From Calditrichota bacterium (GTDB taxonomy: Bacteria; CLD3), in NCBI GenBank assembly GCA_008501735.1, contig QQUF01000033.1:65727-129726 (forward strand): a stretch of 64,000 nt of DNA, given 5' to 3'. A program made the position numbers and the translations under genes. Positions 18,567 to 28,366 of this stretch are shown here, in pieces. How positions within the stretch are numbered: position 1 is the stretch's first letter; every line of letters starts with the position of its first letter. Under the pieces are notes generated by a model. The model did not search any database. It was given only the letters and a program-made list of their open reading frames with translations, and had not been told where the DNA came from.

Positions 18567-21500
18567 ATGTTTGACGAATTAGACGAGTTATTTGAAGAAA
18601 TCTCGAACCAAGCAAAAACCGAAACCTTAAAGCTCAAAGAAGGCGAAAGGCGTTTCGTTTCAGTCCTTTTCGCCGATATTTCCAACTTTACTGAATTAGC
18701 CGAAAATTTGGACGGCGAACAAATCCAAACATTAATTGACAAACTTATGAAAGCCTTTAGCCTTTGTGTAAAAAATCACGGAGGTTATATCGACAAGTAC
18801 GAAGGCGATAAATTAATGGCACTTTTTGGTGCAATCGAAGCAAGTGAGAATGACACTGAAAAGGCAATTTTTTCAGCTCTTGATATTTTTGAGAAACTCA
18901 AGGAATTCAACCAAATTGTAAAAAAGATTCCATTCTTAGCAAATTTTGATGTGAACTTTTGTGTAAGAGTTGGAATCAATTCTGGCTTAGTTGCAACAGG
19001 GAAAGTCGGTGAAGGAAGAGAAAAAGACTTCACCGTTTATGGAGATGCGGTTAATCTTGCTTCAAGAATGGAATCAAATGCTCCTTTAAATTCAATAATG
19101 ATTCCTGAAAACACTAAGAAAATTGTCGAAAATATCTTTGAATTTGAAGACAAAGGAATTCTCAAAGTAAAAGGTAAAAAAGAGCCTGTTAAAGTATTTT
19201 TAGTAAAAAAACCAACACATAAAACCGTATCAAATTGGAGTAAAAAGAATACGATTTTTGTTGGACGAGAAACAGAAATGAAATTCTTATCTGAGAAGTT
19301 TACAAATTCTCTAACTCTCTTGAAAAATGAATCAAATTTTTCAAAAACTTCGGTAATTGGAATTAATGGAAATGCTGGAGTAGGGAAATCAAGACTTGTT
19401 TACGAATTTTTGAAGAAATCACTTTCAAACTTAAAACACGAAAATATTTCACTCAAAGGAATTTGCTCAAGCGTAACTCCAAATCCTTACAATTTATTTA
19501 TCAGTTTAATTCAAAAGGCTTTTGCAATTTCTCACTTTGATTCAAGCGAAGAAATTTCTCAAAAATTGCAATCTAATTTTCAAATTTTAAGTTCGTTTTT
19601 AGAAAATTCTGAAAATGAGAATTTAAATTCTTCTTTACCAATTATCACTTTCTTACTCGGTTGCAAAGTTGAAGATTCGCGATTAAAAGCAAAGGGAAAA
19701 AATTTACAACTACACTTCCAAACTGCAATAAAATCTGTTTTTGAAGCTTTTTCAGTAAGGGCAAATAAATTGGGATTTCCACTTTTGATAACTTTAGAAG
19801 ATTTCCAACTGGTTGATATTCCTTCACTTGCAACTTTAGAATTTTTACTTCACACAATAAATCTGCAAGAAAAACGCTCAGGCGGTCTAAAAAAACAAAT
19901 GATGTTTCTGTTAGTTTTTAGAGATGAATTCAAAATTTCAAATCAAATATTGACAAATTCTAAATTTGAGGAGTTAAAACTTAACAAACTTGACGAAAAC
20001 TCAACTTATGAATTAATTAAGCACGAGACTAAAAACTTGAAAATTGAGCCAAAAATTGAGCAACTCATTTTAGAAAAGTCTTTTGGAAACCCCTTTTTTA
20101 TTGAAGAATGGATTGGATTAATTCAAGAGCAAAAAATTAACGATTTAAAAGAAGTTACAATTCCTCACAACTTGAATTCAATCATTCTTTCAAGAATTGA
20201 TAAACTTGAAAATGATTTAAAAATGCTCCTTCAAAAGGCTTCTGTCATTGGAAAGGAATTTTACTTGGCAATTTTGGAAGACACTGAGAAACGTTTTGGA
20301 AATAATGAAAAACTGAATAGCTACTTAAGTATTTTAGAAGAAAAAGACTTTATTTACAAAATTCCAAATGAAAACAATTTCTATTCCTTCAAGCATTCTT
20401 TAATCCACGAAGTCGCTTATAATACACTTTTAAAATCAAACCGTGTAGTTTTACACAACACTGTTGGTGAAGTTCTTGAAAATAAATTTCAGAATAATTT
20501 GGAAGACAATTCTTACGACTTGGCAAAGCATTTCGGCAATTCGGAAAATAACGAAAAAGCCATTAAATTTTTGAAAATGGCAAGTGCAAAAGCTAAAGCA
20601 AATTTTGATAACGACCAAGCCATTGAGTTTTTTGATAAACTTCTACTTAGATTTAAAAATAATACTCTTGATAAAATTAAAACTTTAATAAAGAAAGGAG
20701 ACGTTTGTCTTTTAATTGGAAGGAGTGAGGAATCTGAAAAACTTTATTTTCAAGCATTAAAACTTTCAGAGGGACTAAAGAACCAAAAACAAATTGCAAA
20801 TTGTAACAGAGTTTTGGGAGCATTCTACACTTTTAGAAATGACTTTCAAAAAGTAGAAAAACACTCTCAGATAGCATTGGAAATCTTTACTGCCTTAAAT
20901 GATAAAAGAGGAATTTCCACCTCACTTGGAAATATTGGAATCGCAGCTTTCTACAATCAAGAATTTGAAAAAGCAATGAAGTTTCATAAATCAGCATTGA
21001 AGATTTTTGAAGAATTAAAAGACAGTGTTGGAATTTCTAAAGCCTACGGAAATATTGGTTCAGTTTATCTAAATTTGCGGAACTTTGATTATGCTATGAA
21101 ATTCTATCATAGAAGAAGAATTCTTTGCGAAAAATTGGATGATAAACGAGGATTGGCTTCTGCTCTTGGAGATTTAGGAGTAGTTTATGATAACCAAAAC
21201 ATTCATACAAAAGCAATGGAATGTTATAAAAAGCAATTAAATTTGTGTGAAGAAATGAACGACAAAGAAGGAATCTGGTTAGCTTATCTGAATATGGGAG
21301 TTGCTTATACTAAAATTGGCGAGTATGAAAAGGCAATCGAATCTCACCAAAGTCAAATCCAAATTTGCCAAGAAATCGGCAACCAAAGAGGACTTGCTCT
21401 TGGCTACGGAAATATGGCAATGAGTCTTGTAAAAGAGAATAATTTTGAAGAAGCTCAAAAATCATTTAACAAAGCCATTGAGATCTCAGAAAAATTTTTA

Positions 21501-21911
21501 TTCAAAACAGCCTTAGCTGTTTTTGGTATTGAAAAAGCATTTCTTTGTTTTAGGCAAAATAATTTTGAAGAAGCAAAAACATTAAACAATAAATTTTTGA
21601 AAGTTGCCAAAGAAGTTCCGTACCAAGAATATATTTTCATTGGGGAAGTTCTAGACAAGAAATTAAAATCAAAGACTGGAAATAAATCAAACATCATTTC
21701 AAGTTTTAAAAAAATGTTAGAAAACTCTTCAAGTGATTCTGAAAAGGCAGTTTTAAATTCAGAAATTGCAAATTTATTAGAGCCAAATGAAGCAAAACCT
21801 TTTTTTAAAAATGCTTTAGAAATTTACCAATCTCTTTGGGAAAAAAACCTCATTTACGATTATAAAAAGCAAATAGAGTTACTGAAATCAAAAATTAAAG
21901 AAATAGAATAG
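18567..21911 (+). CDS. Class III adenylate/guanylate cyclase fused to a P-loop NTPase (AAA/STAND-like) domain and a C-terminal TPR array.
   Basis: The N-terminus has the CHD motifs VSVLFADISNFTEL, KYEGDKLMALFGA, VRVGINSGLVATGKVG and VYGDAVNLASRMES. A Walker A motif is GINGNAGVGKSRLV. There are 8 or more C-terminal TPRs (GISTSLGNIGIAAFYNQEFEKAMKFHK...). There is no HTH output domain. Confidence 0.85.
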   Translation: MFDELDELFEEISNQAKTETLKLKEGERRFVSVLFADISNFTELAENLDGEQIQTLIDKLMKAFSLCVKNHGGYIDKYEGDKLMALFGAIEASENDTEKAIFSALDIFEKLKEFNQIVKKIPFLANFDVNFCVRVGINSGLVATGKVGEGREKDFTVYGDAVNLASRMESNAPLNSIMIPENTKKIVENIFEFEDKGILKVKGKKEPVKVFLVKKPTHKTVSNWSKKNTIFVGRETEMKFLSEKFTNSLTLLKNESNFSKTSVIGINGNAGVGKSRLVYEFLKKSLSNLKHENISLKGICSSVTPNPYNLFISLIQKAFAISHFDSSEEISQKLQSNFQILSSFLENSENENLNSSLPIITFLLGCKVEDSRLKAKGKNLQLHFQTAIKSVFEAFSVRANKLGFPLLITLEDFQLVDIPSLATLEFLLHTINLQEKRSGGLKKQMMFLLVFRDEFKISNQILTNSKFEELKLNKLDENSTYELIKHETKNLKIEPKIEQLILEKSFGNPFFIEEWIGLIQEQKINDLKEVTIPHNLNSIILSRIDKLENDLKMLLQKASVIGKEFYLAILEDTEKRFGNNEKLNSYLSILEEKDFIYKIPNENNFYSFKHSLIHEVAYNTLLKSNRVVLHNTVGEVLENKFQNNLEDNSYDLAKHFGNSENNEKAIKFLKMASAKAKANFDNDQAIEFFDKLLLRFKNNTLDKIKTLIKKGDVCLLIGRSEESEKLYFQALKLSEGLKNQKQIANCNRVLGAFYTFRNDFQKVEKHSQIALEIFTALNDKRGISTSLGNIGIAAFYNQEFEKAMKFHKSALKIFEELKDSVGISKAYGNIGSVYLNLRNFDYAMKFYHRRRILCEKLDDKRGLASALGDLGVVYDNQNIHTKAMECYKKQLNLCEEMNDKEGIWLAYLNMGVAYTKIGEYEKAIESHQSQIQICQEIGNQRGLALGYGNMAMSLVKENNFEEAQKSFNKAIEISEKFLFKTALAVFGIEKAFLCFRQNNFEEAKTLNNKFLKVAKEVPYQEYIFIGEVLDKKLKSKTGNKSNIISSFKKMLENSSSDSEKAVLNSEIANLLEPNEAKPFFKNALEIYQSLWEKNLIYDYKKQIELLKSKIKEIE

Positions 21912-21958
21912 TAACTTGCTTAAAAGTTCTCAAATCTCAAATTTTTATTAACTTTACC

Positions 21959-22005
21959 ATTCTTAATTCTTAATTCTTAATTCTTAATTCTTAATTCTTA
22001 ATTCT
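21959..22005. repeat. Perfect heptanucleotide microsatellite (ATTCTTA)x6.7, ending directly at the tex start codon.
   Basis: Read directly: at tcttaat tcttaat tcttaat tcttaat tcttaat tcttaat tct ATG. Confidence 0.9.
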
Positions 22006-24159
22006 ATGAAAAATATTGCACAACAAATTTCGACAGATTTAAATCTCAACTTTTCATTTGTAAGAAATGCTTTGAACTTGTTTGAAGAAGGTTCAACAGT
22101 ACCATTCATCGCTCGTTACCGAAAGGAAAAAACAGGAAGTTTGAACGAAATCCAACTTCGAGAAATTTTCGAAAAATTCACTTACTACACTGAACTCGAA
22201 AATCGTAAACAAACAATTCTTCAAACGATTTCTGAACAAGGAAAACTCACTGACGAACTTAAAACCAAAATTGAAAGTTCCTTGTTAAAAAATGAACTCG
22301 AAGACCTTTACTTACCTTTTAAACCCAAACGAAGAACTCGTGCGACAATTGCTAAAGAAAATGGTTTAGAGCCTTTTGCAGAGTTTATCAAATCACAAAA
22401 CGTCCACTCTTCGCCAAAAGTAAACTTAGTTTCAGAAGCAAAAAAATACTTGAGCAAAAATATCGAAACTCCAGAAGATGCAATTATCGGAGCGTCAGAT
22501 ATTTTGGCAGAAGAAATTTCAGAAATCATTGAACTTCGTTCGTTTGTACGAGATGAATTTTGGAAAAACGGTTTTCTTGTTTCAAAAAAGAAAGGCAAAT
22601 TTGAAGGAGAACAAACAAAATTTGACTCTTACAAAAGCTACAAATCAAAATTAGGTTTCATCGCTCCACACTCTTTCTTAGCAATTTTGCGTGGAGAAGA
22701 AGAAGGCTTCTTAAGTGTAAAAATTGAAGTTGACGAAAATAAAATTCTTGACCATTTTGACCGAAAATTGATTTTTTCAAAAGACAAGGAACTTTACGAT
22801 TTTTATCAAAAAACAAATTATGAAAGTTTTGACAGGCTTTTCAGAAATTCAATTTCTTCTGAAATCCGCCAAATGAAAAAGGAGTTTTCGGACAAAGAAT
22901 CAATCCTAAATTTTGGTAAAAACCTTAGAGATTTACTTCTTTCAAGTCCAGCAGGGATGAAAACAACAATCGGAATTGACCCAGGATTTCGGACAGGTTG
23001 TAAAGTTGTAGTTATTGACTCAACAGGGAAATTTTTGGAATACCAAAATATTTTTCCGCACACTTCAAGACTTAGTGAAAGTGCAGTTGCTTACGACACT
23101 TTGTGTGAATTAATTGAAAAACACGAAGCGAAATTAATCGCAATTGGAAACGGCACAGCAAGTCGAGAAACTGATAAATTTGTTACAGAAGTCCTTGAAG
23201 AATTTGAGGAGAAGCCAATAAAAGTTACCGTAAGCGAAAGTGGAGCTTCAATTTACTCTGCAAGCGAAGTCGCAATTGAAGAATTCCCAAACTTGGATTT
23301 GACGGTTCGAGGAGCAATTTCAATCGCAAGACGTTTGCAAGACCCTTTAGCAGAACTCGTGAAAATTGACCCAAAATCCATTGGAGTTGGTCAGTACCAA
23401 CACGATGTTGACCAAAAACTTTTAAAAACAAAATTAGACGAAACTGTTGAAAGTTGTGTGAATTTTGTTGGAGTTGACTTAAACACAGCTTCTAAAGAGC
23501 TACTGAGTTTTGTCTCTGGAATTAATAAAAGTGTTGCTCTTAACATCGTGAATTTTAGAAACCAAAACGGAGCTTTTCAGACAAGAGAAGAATTGAAAAA
23601 GATTCCACGTTTTGGAGCAAAAGCATTTGAACAAGCGTCAGGATTTTTGCGAATCAGAAACGGTGAAAATCCATTAGACAACACGGCAGTTCACCCCGAA
23701 AGCTACTTTTTAGTGGAAAATATTGCCAAAGATTTAAAACTTCCTCTAAAATCAATTACTCAAAATCCTGCAAAGCTAAAAGATTTAGACATCAAAAAAT
23801 ACGTTACTGAAGAAATCGGTGAACCGACTTTGGTTGACATTTTGGAAGAGTTACAAAAACCTGGAAGAGACCCAAGAGAAGAATTTAGTTACGCAAAATT
23901 CGACGACAAAATCAATGAAATTTCTGACTTAAGTGTTGGAATGATTTTGGAAGGAATCGTTACGAACGTTACAAATTTTGGAGCATTCGTTGACATTGGA
24001 GTTCACCAAGACGGTTTGGTTCACGTTTCGCAACTCGCAAACAAATTTGTAAAAGACCCAACTCAAATCGTGAAAGTTGGACAAATCGTGAAAGTAAAAG
24101 TTACAGAAGTGAATGAAAAATTAAAACGAATCCAACTCTCAATGAAAGCAGTATCTTGA
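22006..24159 (+). CDS. tex: Transcription accessory protein Tex (YqgF/RNase H-like, HhH, S1 domains).
   Basis: 717 aa. The N-terminus (FIARYRKE...) is conserved Tex. A C-terminal S1 domain is present (GMILEGIVTNVTNFGAFVDIG...DGLVHVSQL). Confidence 0.9.
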   Translation: MKNIAQQISTDLNLNFSFVRNALNLFEEGSTVPFIARYRKEKTGSLNEIQLREIFEKFTYYTELENRKQTILQTISEQGKLTDELKTKIESSLLKNELEDLYLPFKPKRRTRATIAKENGLEPFAEFIKSQNVHSSPKVNLVSEAKKYLSKNIETPEDAIIGASDILAEEISEIIELRSFVRDEFWKNGFLVSKKKGKFEGEQTKFDSYKSYKSKLGFIAPHSFLAILRGEEEGFLSVKIEVDENKILDHFDRKLIFSKDKELYDFYQKTNYESFDRLFRNSISSEIRQMKKEFSDKESILNFGKNLRDLLLSSPAGMKTTIGIDPGFRTGCKVVVIDSTGKFLEYQNIFPHTSRLSESAVAYDTLCELIEKHEAKLIAIGNGTASRETDKFVTEVLEEFEEKPIKVTVSESGASIYSASEVAIEEFPNLDLTVRGAISIARRLQDPLAELVKIDPKSIGVGQYQHDVDQKLLKTKLDETVESCVNFVGVDLNTASKELLSFVSGINKSVALNIVNFRNQNGAFQTREELKKIPRFGAKAFEQASGFLRIRNGENPLDNTAVHPESYFLVENIAKDLKLPLKSITQNPAKLKDLDIKKYVTEEIGEPTLVDILEELQKPGRDPREEFSYAKFDDKINEISDLSVGMILEGIVTNVTNFGAFVDIGVHQDGLVHVSQLANKFVKDPTQIVKVGQIVKVKVTEVNEKLKRIQLSMKAVS

Positions 24160-24347
24160 GATTCTGACTCTAAGTCAGGTTCTCAATTCTAAATCTATAA
24201 CTGAGAGCCTCATTTTGAATGAGACACTCAGAAAATTAAATTTGAAAATGTATCTTGAGATTCTGACTCTAAGTCAGGTTCTCAATTCTAAATCTAAAAC
24301 TGAGAGCCTCATTTTGAATGAGACACTCAGAAAATTAAATTTGAAAA
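24150..24347. repeat. Tandem doublet of a 99-bp REP-like element (2 copies, about 98% identical). Each copy contains two imperfect palindromes. The first copy overlaps the tex stop codon. The second ends a few bp before the next ATG.
   Basis: The unit is gtatcttGAGATTCTGACTCtaAGTCAGGTTCTCaattctaaatctaAaaCTGAGAGCCTCATTttgAATGAGACACTCAGaaaattaaatttgaaaat, read twice. The hairpin architecture (GAGAnnCyGACTC..GAGTCrGnnTCTC plus CTGAG..CTCAnn..nnTGAG..CTCAG) matches the REPs flanking the RAYT at 50.6-51.5 kb. Confidence 0.8.
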
Positions 24348-24353
24348 TGAACT

Positions 24354-25475
24354 ATGAAATTATTATTAGCATTAATCTTATTCTTCGCAGCTTTTGCCAA
24401 CTCTCAAGCACAAAATAAACTTGGAATTTGGCTTTGGTTTATTGAAGGAACTGGTTTTACTCATTCCGAACTTGCAGACACTTTAGCAACAATTGGAGTC
24501 AAAAGAATTTACGTAAAAGTAGCTGATGGAAGTTTAAACACAACAACTTGGCCCGAAGTCGCAGACACAACATTAGTCCAAACTTACAAAAATGCAGGTT
24601 TGGAAGTTTGGGCTTGGTCTTACAACTACGACAATAATTACAACGCTCAAGCAAACGCTCTTACTCTTGCCGCTCAAACAGGTTACGAAGGTTACGTCGT
24701 TGACATTGAAACCGAATTCAACAACAAAACAACTGAATTGCACAGCCTTTTCAGCGAGTTTGAAAGTGCCAAAAACAGTGTCATCGCAAATGGAACTGCA
24801 AACTCAGATTTCAAACTTTACTGCACAACTTGGGGAAATCCGATTACTCACAATATGCACATCGAAATTATTGACCAATACGTTGATGGACATATGCCAC
24901 AAACTTATGTTGAAAAATGGGGAATTTTTGCTTACCAAAATGTTGTTTACACAGTGAATCAAGGCACTTTAGAATACCAAAGTTTTGGAATCCAAAATCC
25001 TGTTCACCACTTGGTTAGTGCAGAATTAAACGTGATTACTGCAACAAAGATTGATTCATTTTTTATGGCTTCTGGTTCTGAATCCGCACTTTGGCGAGTT
25101 CCGGGAGCTGGAACAACTTTGAACATTTGGAACACTTTAAACTCTGTAAATTGGAATGCCGATTTCTCTGTTTCGGCAAAAGAAAGAAACAACAAACCTC
25201 AAACAATTTCGCTTTCTCAAAACTATCCAAATCCTTTCAACCCTTCGACTTCAATAAACTACGAAATACAAATTACGAATTACGATTCTCCGAGATTGAG
25301 CATCTACAATGTTTTAGGCAATAAAATTAAGGATTTTACATTAAGCAAAGCTAAGGGAAGTGTTGTTTGGGACGGAAAAAATTTTGAAGGGAAACAAGTT
25401 TCAAGCGGAAAATATTTCTATGAGCTAAAAAATGGAACTGAAAGAAAAGTACGTCAAATGACTTTGATAAAATAA
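24354..25475 (+). CDS. T9SS-secreted protein: signal peptide, unassigned N-terminal domain (possibly glycoside-hydrolase-like), Por_Secre_tail C-terminal domain.
   Basis: The N-terminus is MKLLLALILFFAAFANSQA. The C-terminus is LSQNYPNPFNPSTSINYEI...VSSGKYFYELKNGTERKVRQMTLIK (T9SS type A CTD). Confidence 0.7.
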   Translation: MKLLLALILFFAAFANSQAQNKLGIWLWFIEGTGFTHSELADTLATIGVKRIYVKVADGSLNTTTWPEVADTTLVQTYKNAGLEVWAWSYNYDNNYNAQANALTLAAQTGYEGYVVDIETEFNNKTTELHSLFSEFESAKNSVIANGTANSDFKLYCTTWGNPITHNMHIEIIDQYVDGHMPQTYVEKWGIFAYQNVVYTVNQGTLEYQSFGIQNPVHHLVSAELNVITATKIDSFFMASGSESALWRVPGAGTTLNIWNTLNSVNWNADFSVSAKERNNKPQTISLSQNYPNPFNPSTSINYEIQITNYDSPRLSIYNVLGNKIKDFTLSKAKGSVVWDGKNFEGKQVSSGKYFYELKNGTERKVRQMTLIK

Positions 25476-25486
25476 TTTACAGCTTT

Positions 25487-25519
25487 ACTTATCAGATGGC
25501 TTTGAGCCATCTGATAAGT
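25487..25519. terminator. Perfect 14-bp stem-loop between convergent genes. It overlaps the last codons of the minus-strand gene. A flanking U-tract is weak.
   Basis: acttatcagatggc-tttga-gccatctgataagt, read directly. Confidence 0.45.
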
Positions 25520-25947
25520 TCAAAACCATTTGTTTTCTTAGGTCTGTAAAAAATAAAACTCAACACAACTACCAAACCGAAAACCGAATAACAAATTGTA
25601 AAAACCCATTCAGGTGCAGAATAAAATAAAATTTTGTGAACCCAAAGTGCAACGAAACTTGTTGCTTCGATTTTTTCCCCAAGACTTTCACGAAGTGCAA
25701 ATTCCAAAGTTGTAAGAGGACAAGTGATTCCAAGCCAAGATTCCAAAACCACAAAAAGAATTGCAAATAAATGAGAAATTCTAAAAATTAAATTTCTCGT
25801 CCAACTCCACTTTTTTGCCCAGCCGATTAAAATTAAAACTTGCCCCAAAATTACAAAAAGAACAAATGCAAAATGAAGTATTAAAACTAAATCTGCAAGA
25901 ATTGAAGTTATTTCAGGTCTTAAATTGCTAAAACATTCTTGCAACAC
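25492..25947 (-). CDS. Small polytopic membrane protein, DUF2784-like.
   Basis: There are 4 predicted TM helices. The conserved-looking block is FRISHLFAILFVVLESWLGITCPLTTLEFALRE. Confidence 0.4.
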   Translation of the reverse strand: MLQECFSNLRPEITSILADLVLILHFAFVLFVILGQVLILIGWAKKWSWTRNLIFRISHLFAILFVVLESWLGITCPLTTLEFALRESLGEKIEATSFVALWVHKILFYSAPEWVFTICYSVFGLVVVLSFIFYRPKKTNGFELIRWLKAI

Positions 25948-28300
25948 TAACTCCGATTCTGAAATCTTTTTTGTCTAATCTTTGTGTAAAATCAATTCTC
26001 GCGAAATCGAAAATTCCATTCAACGAAAGCCCAATTTCGTGGTGAACTCCATTTGTCAAATTTGGGGCAAAATCTAAACCTGAAAGATTTTCTTTTTTAA
26101 ACCAAGTTTTCCCGGAAGCTCCGTGAAGAATGATTCCAAGACCTTTTTTTGCAAACCAATTTAAACCGATTAGCTCGAAAGGAACTGTTCTAAAGTTATG
26201 TTCCCAAAATACTGAAACGTATTTATCGCCTTCGTAAGGATTGTCTTTCAGGGTCTTAAAAGTTCCGAACGGACTTAAAGCAACAAGAACTCCGTCAAAT
26301 GCAAAAAATCTTTGCGGTGGTAGTTTTCCTCTCGAAATTCCTGCCTGCAAACGGACATCTAAAGCGTTTGGCAAAAATCGCCTTTTTAAAAAAGTTAGGA
26401 CTCTAAAATCAGTTCTAAATTCAACTTTTGTAAAATCAAAATCACTTCCCAAAAATCCATCTTGAGAATGCTCTACTCTAACTTCAAAATTATTTTGTTC
26501 AGCAATCGGAACAAAAGTAAAATCATCTCCGAACTCAAATTTTGCTTGAACAGAACGAAGATTCCCTTCAAAAATTGAAGGGTTTTTCCTTTGAACTAAA
26601 CTTCTTCCGAATAAGTCAAAGTCAGTATTTTTTTCCAAAGAAGTGTGTTTTTCAACGTTCAAACCGACTTCAACACCAAAATCATTTTTAAATCCTAAAG
26701 CAGTAGAAAATTTCTGATTTTTGAAATAACCGAAGTAGTCTTCAAAGCCAATTAAATTTTGGACGCTGTTCAAGATTTCAGCATAATTGAAAGACTTGAA
26801 TCTCAAAACGCTACCTTGATAAAATGAATTTTTCCAAACCCATTTATTTTCTTTTCCAAATTTGTATTGGAAATCCGAACCGTAAAAACCTTCTCTTAAA
26901 CCTGTTGAGTAACCTCCGAGAACATCAATTTTTGTTTTCTTATTTTCAAACAAATCTAATTTAATTCCAAGTTTTCCCTCGTCAACTCTGTTGTAAGCAA
27001 TATTTGGGGAAATTCTATCCAAGAAATTTTTCCCGTTTTTTTCACCCCCAATAACTTTTTCGTCGTTTGCTTCGACTTCAATGTTTACCAATTTTGCTAA
27101 AGCACCTTTTGGCTTAAAGGCTTTTTGAAGCGTCAAAGTGCTATCAATTTCTTCGTAAGCAATTTGCTCTTCTTGTGTGTAAGGAATCAAATTTACGTTT
27201 TCAGCAAAAATACTATCACTTTTTGAAACAGAAACCGAATCCTCCAAAACAGTCCTGTCTTTCACAAAAAGTGTTTCAGGGATTTGAACATTCAACTCAT
27301 AATTTTTTAAACTTGAGACTTGTGAAAATTTTATTGGTGGAAGAGAAAAACCTGTGATTCCAATGTGCATTTCTCCTTTTGTTCTGAGGTCAACCGGAAG
27401 CCAATATTTTTCGCCAAAATTTCTGAATTGTTGGGTGAAAGTTAAATCAAATTTTTTAATCGGTGTTGGGAAAATTACGTATTTGCTTGGTTTGAGGCTG
27501 ACTTCAAGTAAAATAAAATCTTCGTCCAAAACTGCAAGTGTTCCTTGTAAAAGTGGCTGTAATTTTGAATTCGGAATTACTTGAATGTCGTAAACTGTTT
27601 TCCCCGCAAAACTTCTTTCGCCGATTAGCTGAAATTTGTAATAATCAAATGCCTTGGGATTCGTCGGACAAATCATATTATTTTCCATAATCTCAACGTC
27701 ATCTTCGTAGAAATTCGGAACGTTCCCAATCTCAATTGAATTTATTGAAGGGTCAATGTTATTAGTTTGTTTTTTGGATTTTATGACCTCTACACTTCCC
27801 TTTTCCTTATCCCAATTAATTTCAGAAATGACTTCAAGAATCGAAACAATCCCTTCATCATTTTCAATTACGATTCTTGAGTAAGCGTCATTTTTATAAG
27901 AAAGAATTCCTTCAAGCCTCATTTTTTTTCTTTTGATAACTTCTCTCATTATACGGTTTGCAGGATTTTCAGTTGTAATAATTACTGGTTTCACAAGAGT
28001 TTGTGTTGGTTCCAATTCTATTAAAATAAATTTTTGAGATAAATTTTTTACTTGTATTTTTTGGGATTCGTAACCAATGTAATCAATTTGCAAGGTCGCA
28101 GGAATTGAGTTTAGGACAATGAAAAATTCGCCAAATTCATTTGCGATTGAGCCATTAAAAGTTCCTTCTTCCAAAACACTTGCAGCCGTCAAAGGCAGAT
28201 TTGACTTTGAATCTACAACTTTCCCCTTTATAATATTTTTCGCAATTGAGAAATTTGGAAATGTGAAAATTAAAATTATTAACGTGATAAGTTTTTGCAT
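25928..28300 (-). CDS. Outer-membrane beta-barrel protein with an N-terminal carboxypeptidase-regulatory-like (CarbopepD_reg) domain (DUF5686-like).
   Basis: It has a signal peptide. KGKVVDSKSNLPLTAASVLEEGT is CarbopepD_reg-like. It has a C-terminal aromatic-rich beta-strand pattern ending ...RIGVSVARMF. Confidence 0.5.
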   Translation of the reverse strand: MQKLITLIILIFTFPNFSIAKNIIKGKVVDSKSNLPLTAASVLEEGTFNGSIANEFGEFFIVLNSIPATLQIDYIGYESQKIQVKNLSQKFILIELEPTQTLVKPVIITTENPANRIMREVIKRKKMRLEGILSYKNDAYSRIVIENDEGIVSILEVISEINWDKEKGSVEVIKSKKQTNNIDPSINSIEIGNVPNFYEDDVEIMENNMICPTNPKAFDYYKFQLIGERSFAGKTVYDIQVIPNSKLQPLLQGTLAVLDEDFILLEVSLKPSKYVIFPTPIKKFDLTFTQQFRNFGEKYWLPVDLRTKGEMHIGITGFSLPPIKFSQVSSLKNYELNVQIPETLFVKDRTVLEDSVSVSKSDSIFAENVNLIPYTQEEQIAYEEIDSTLTLQKAFKPKGALAKLVNIEVEANDEKVIGGEKNGKNFLDRISPNIAYNRVDEGKLGIKLDLFENKKTKIDVLGGYSTGLREGFYGSDFQYKFGKENKWVWKNSFYQGSVLRFKSFNYAEILNSVQNLIGFEDYFGYFKNQKFSTALGFKNDFGVEVGLNVEKHTSLEKNTDFDLFGRSLVQRKNPSIFEGNLRSVQAKFEFGDDFTFVPIAEQNNFEVRVEHSQDGFLGSDFDFTKVEFRTDFRVLTFLKRRFLPNALDVRLQAGISRGKLPPQRFFAFDGVLVALSPFGTFKTLKDNPYEGDKYVSVFWEHNFRTVPFELIGLNWFAKKGLGIILHGASGKTWFKKENLSGLDFAPNLTNGVHHEIGLSLNGIFDFARIDFTQRLDKKDFRIGVSVARMF

Positions 28301-28366
28301 TAAAAGTGAATCCTTGTTAAAATATTTTCGAGACTACGAGAAAAATAAAAAATAAGTTCAAACATT

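Noticed and set aside
21959-22005. Possible CRISPR array or binding-site array at the heptamer tract.
   Set aside because: The units are contiguous 7-mers with no spacers. This is a microsatellite, not a CRISPR. No cas genes are nearby.
24215-24418. 67-aa ORF spanning the REP doublet.
   Set aside because: The ORF is made of the repeated palindromic element itself. Its translation is a duplicated nonsense peptide.
25492-25947. Possibility that the DUF2784-like ORF is spurious, because its 3' end overlaps a perfect 14-bp hairpin and its 5' end overlaps the next gene by 20 bp.
   Set aside because: It is kept at low confidence. It has four clean TM helices and a conserved-looking FRxxHL…CPLT..E motif, which argue for a real small membrane protein.
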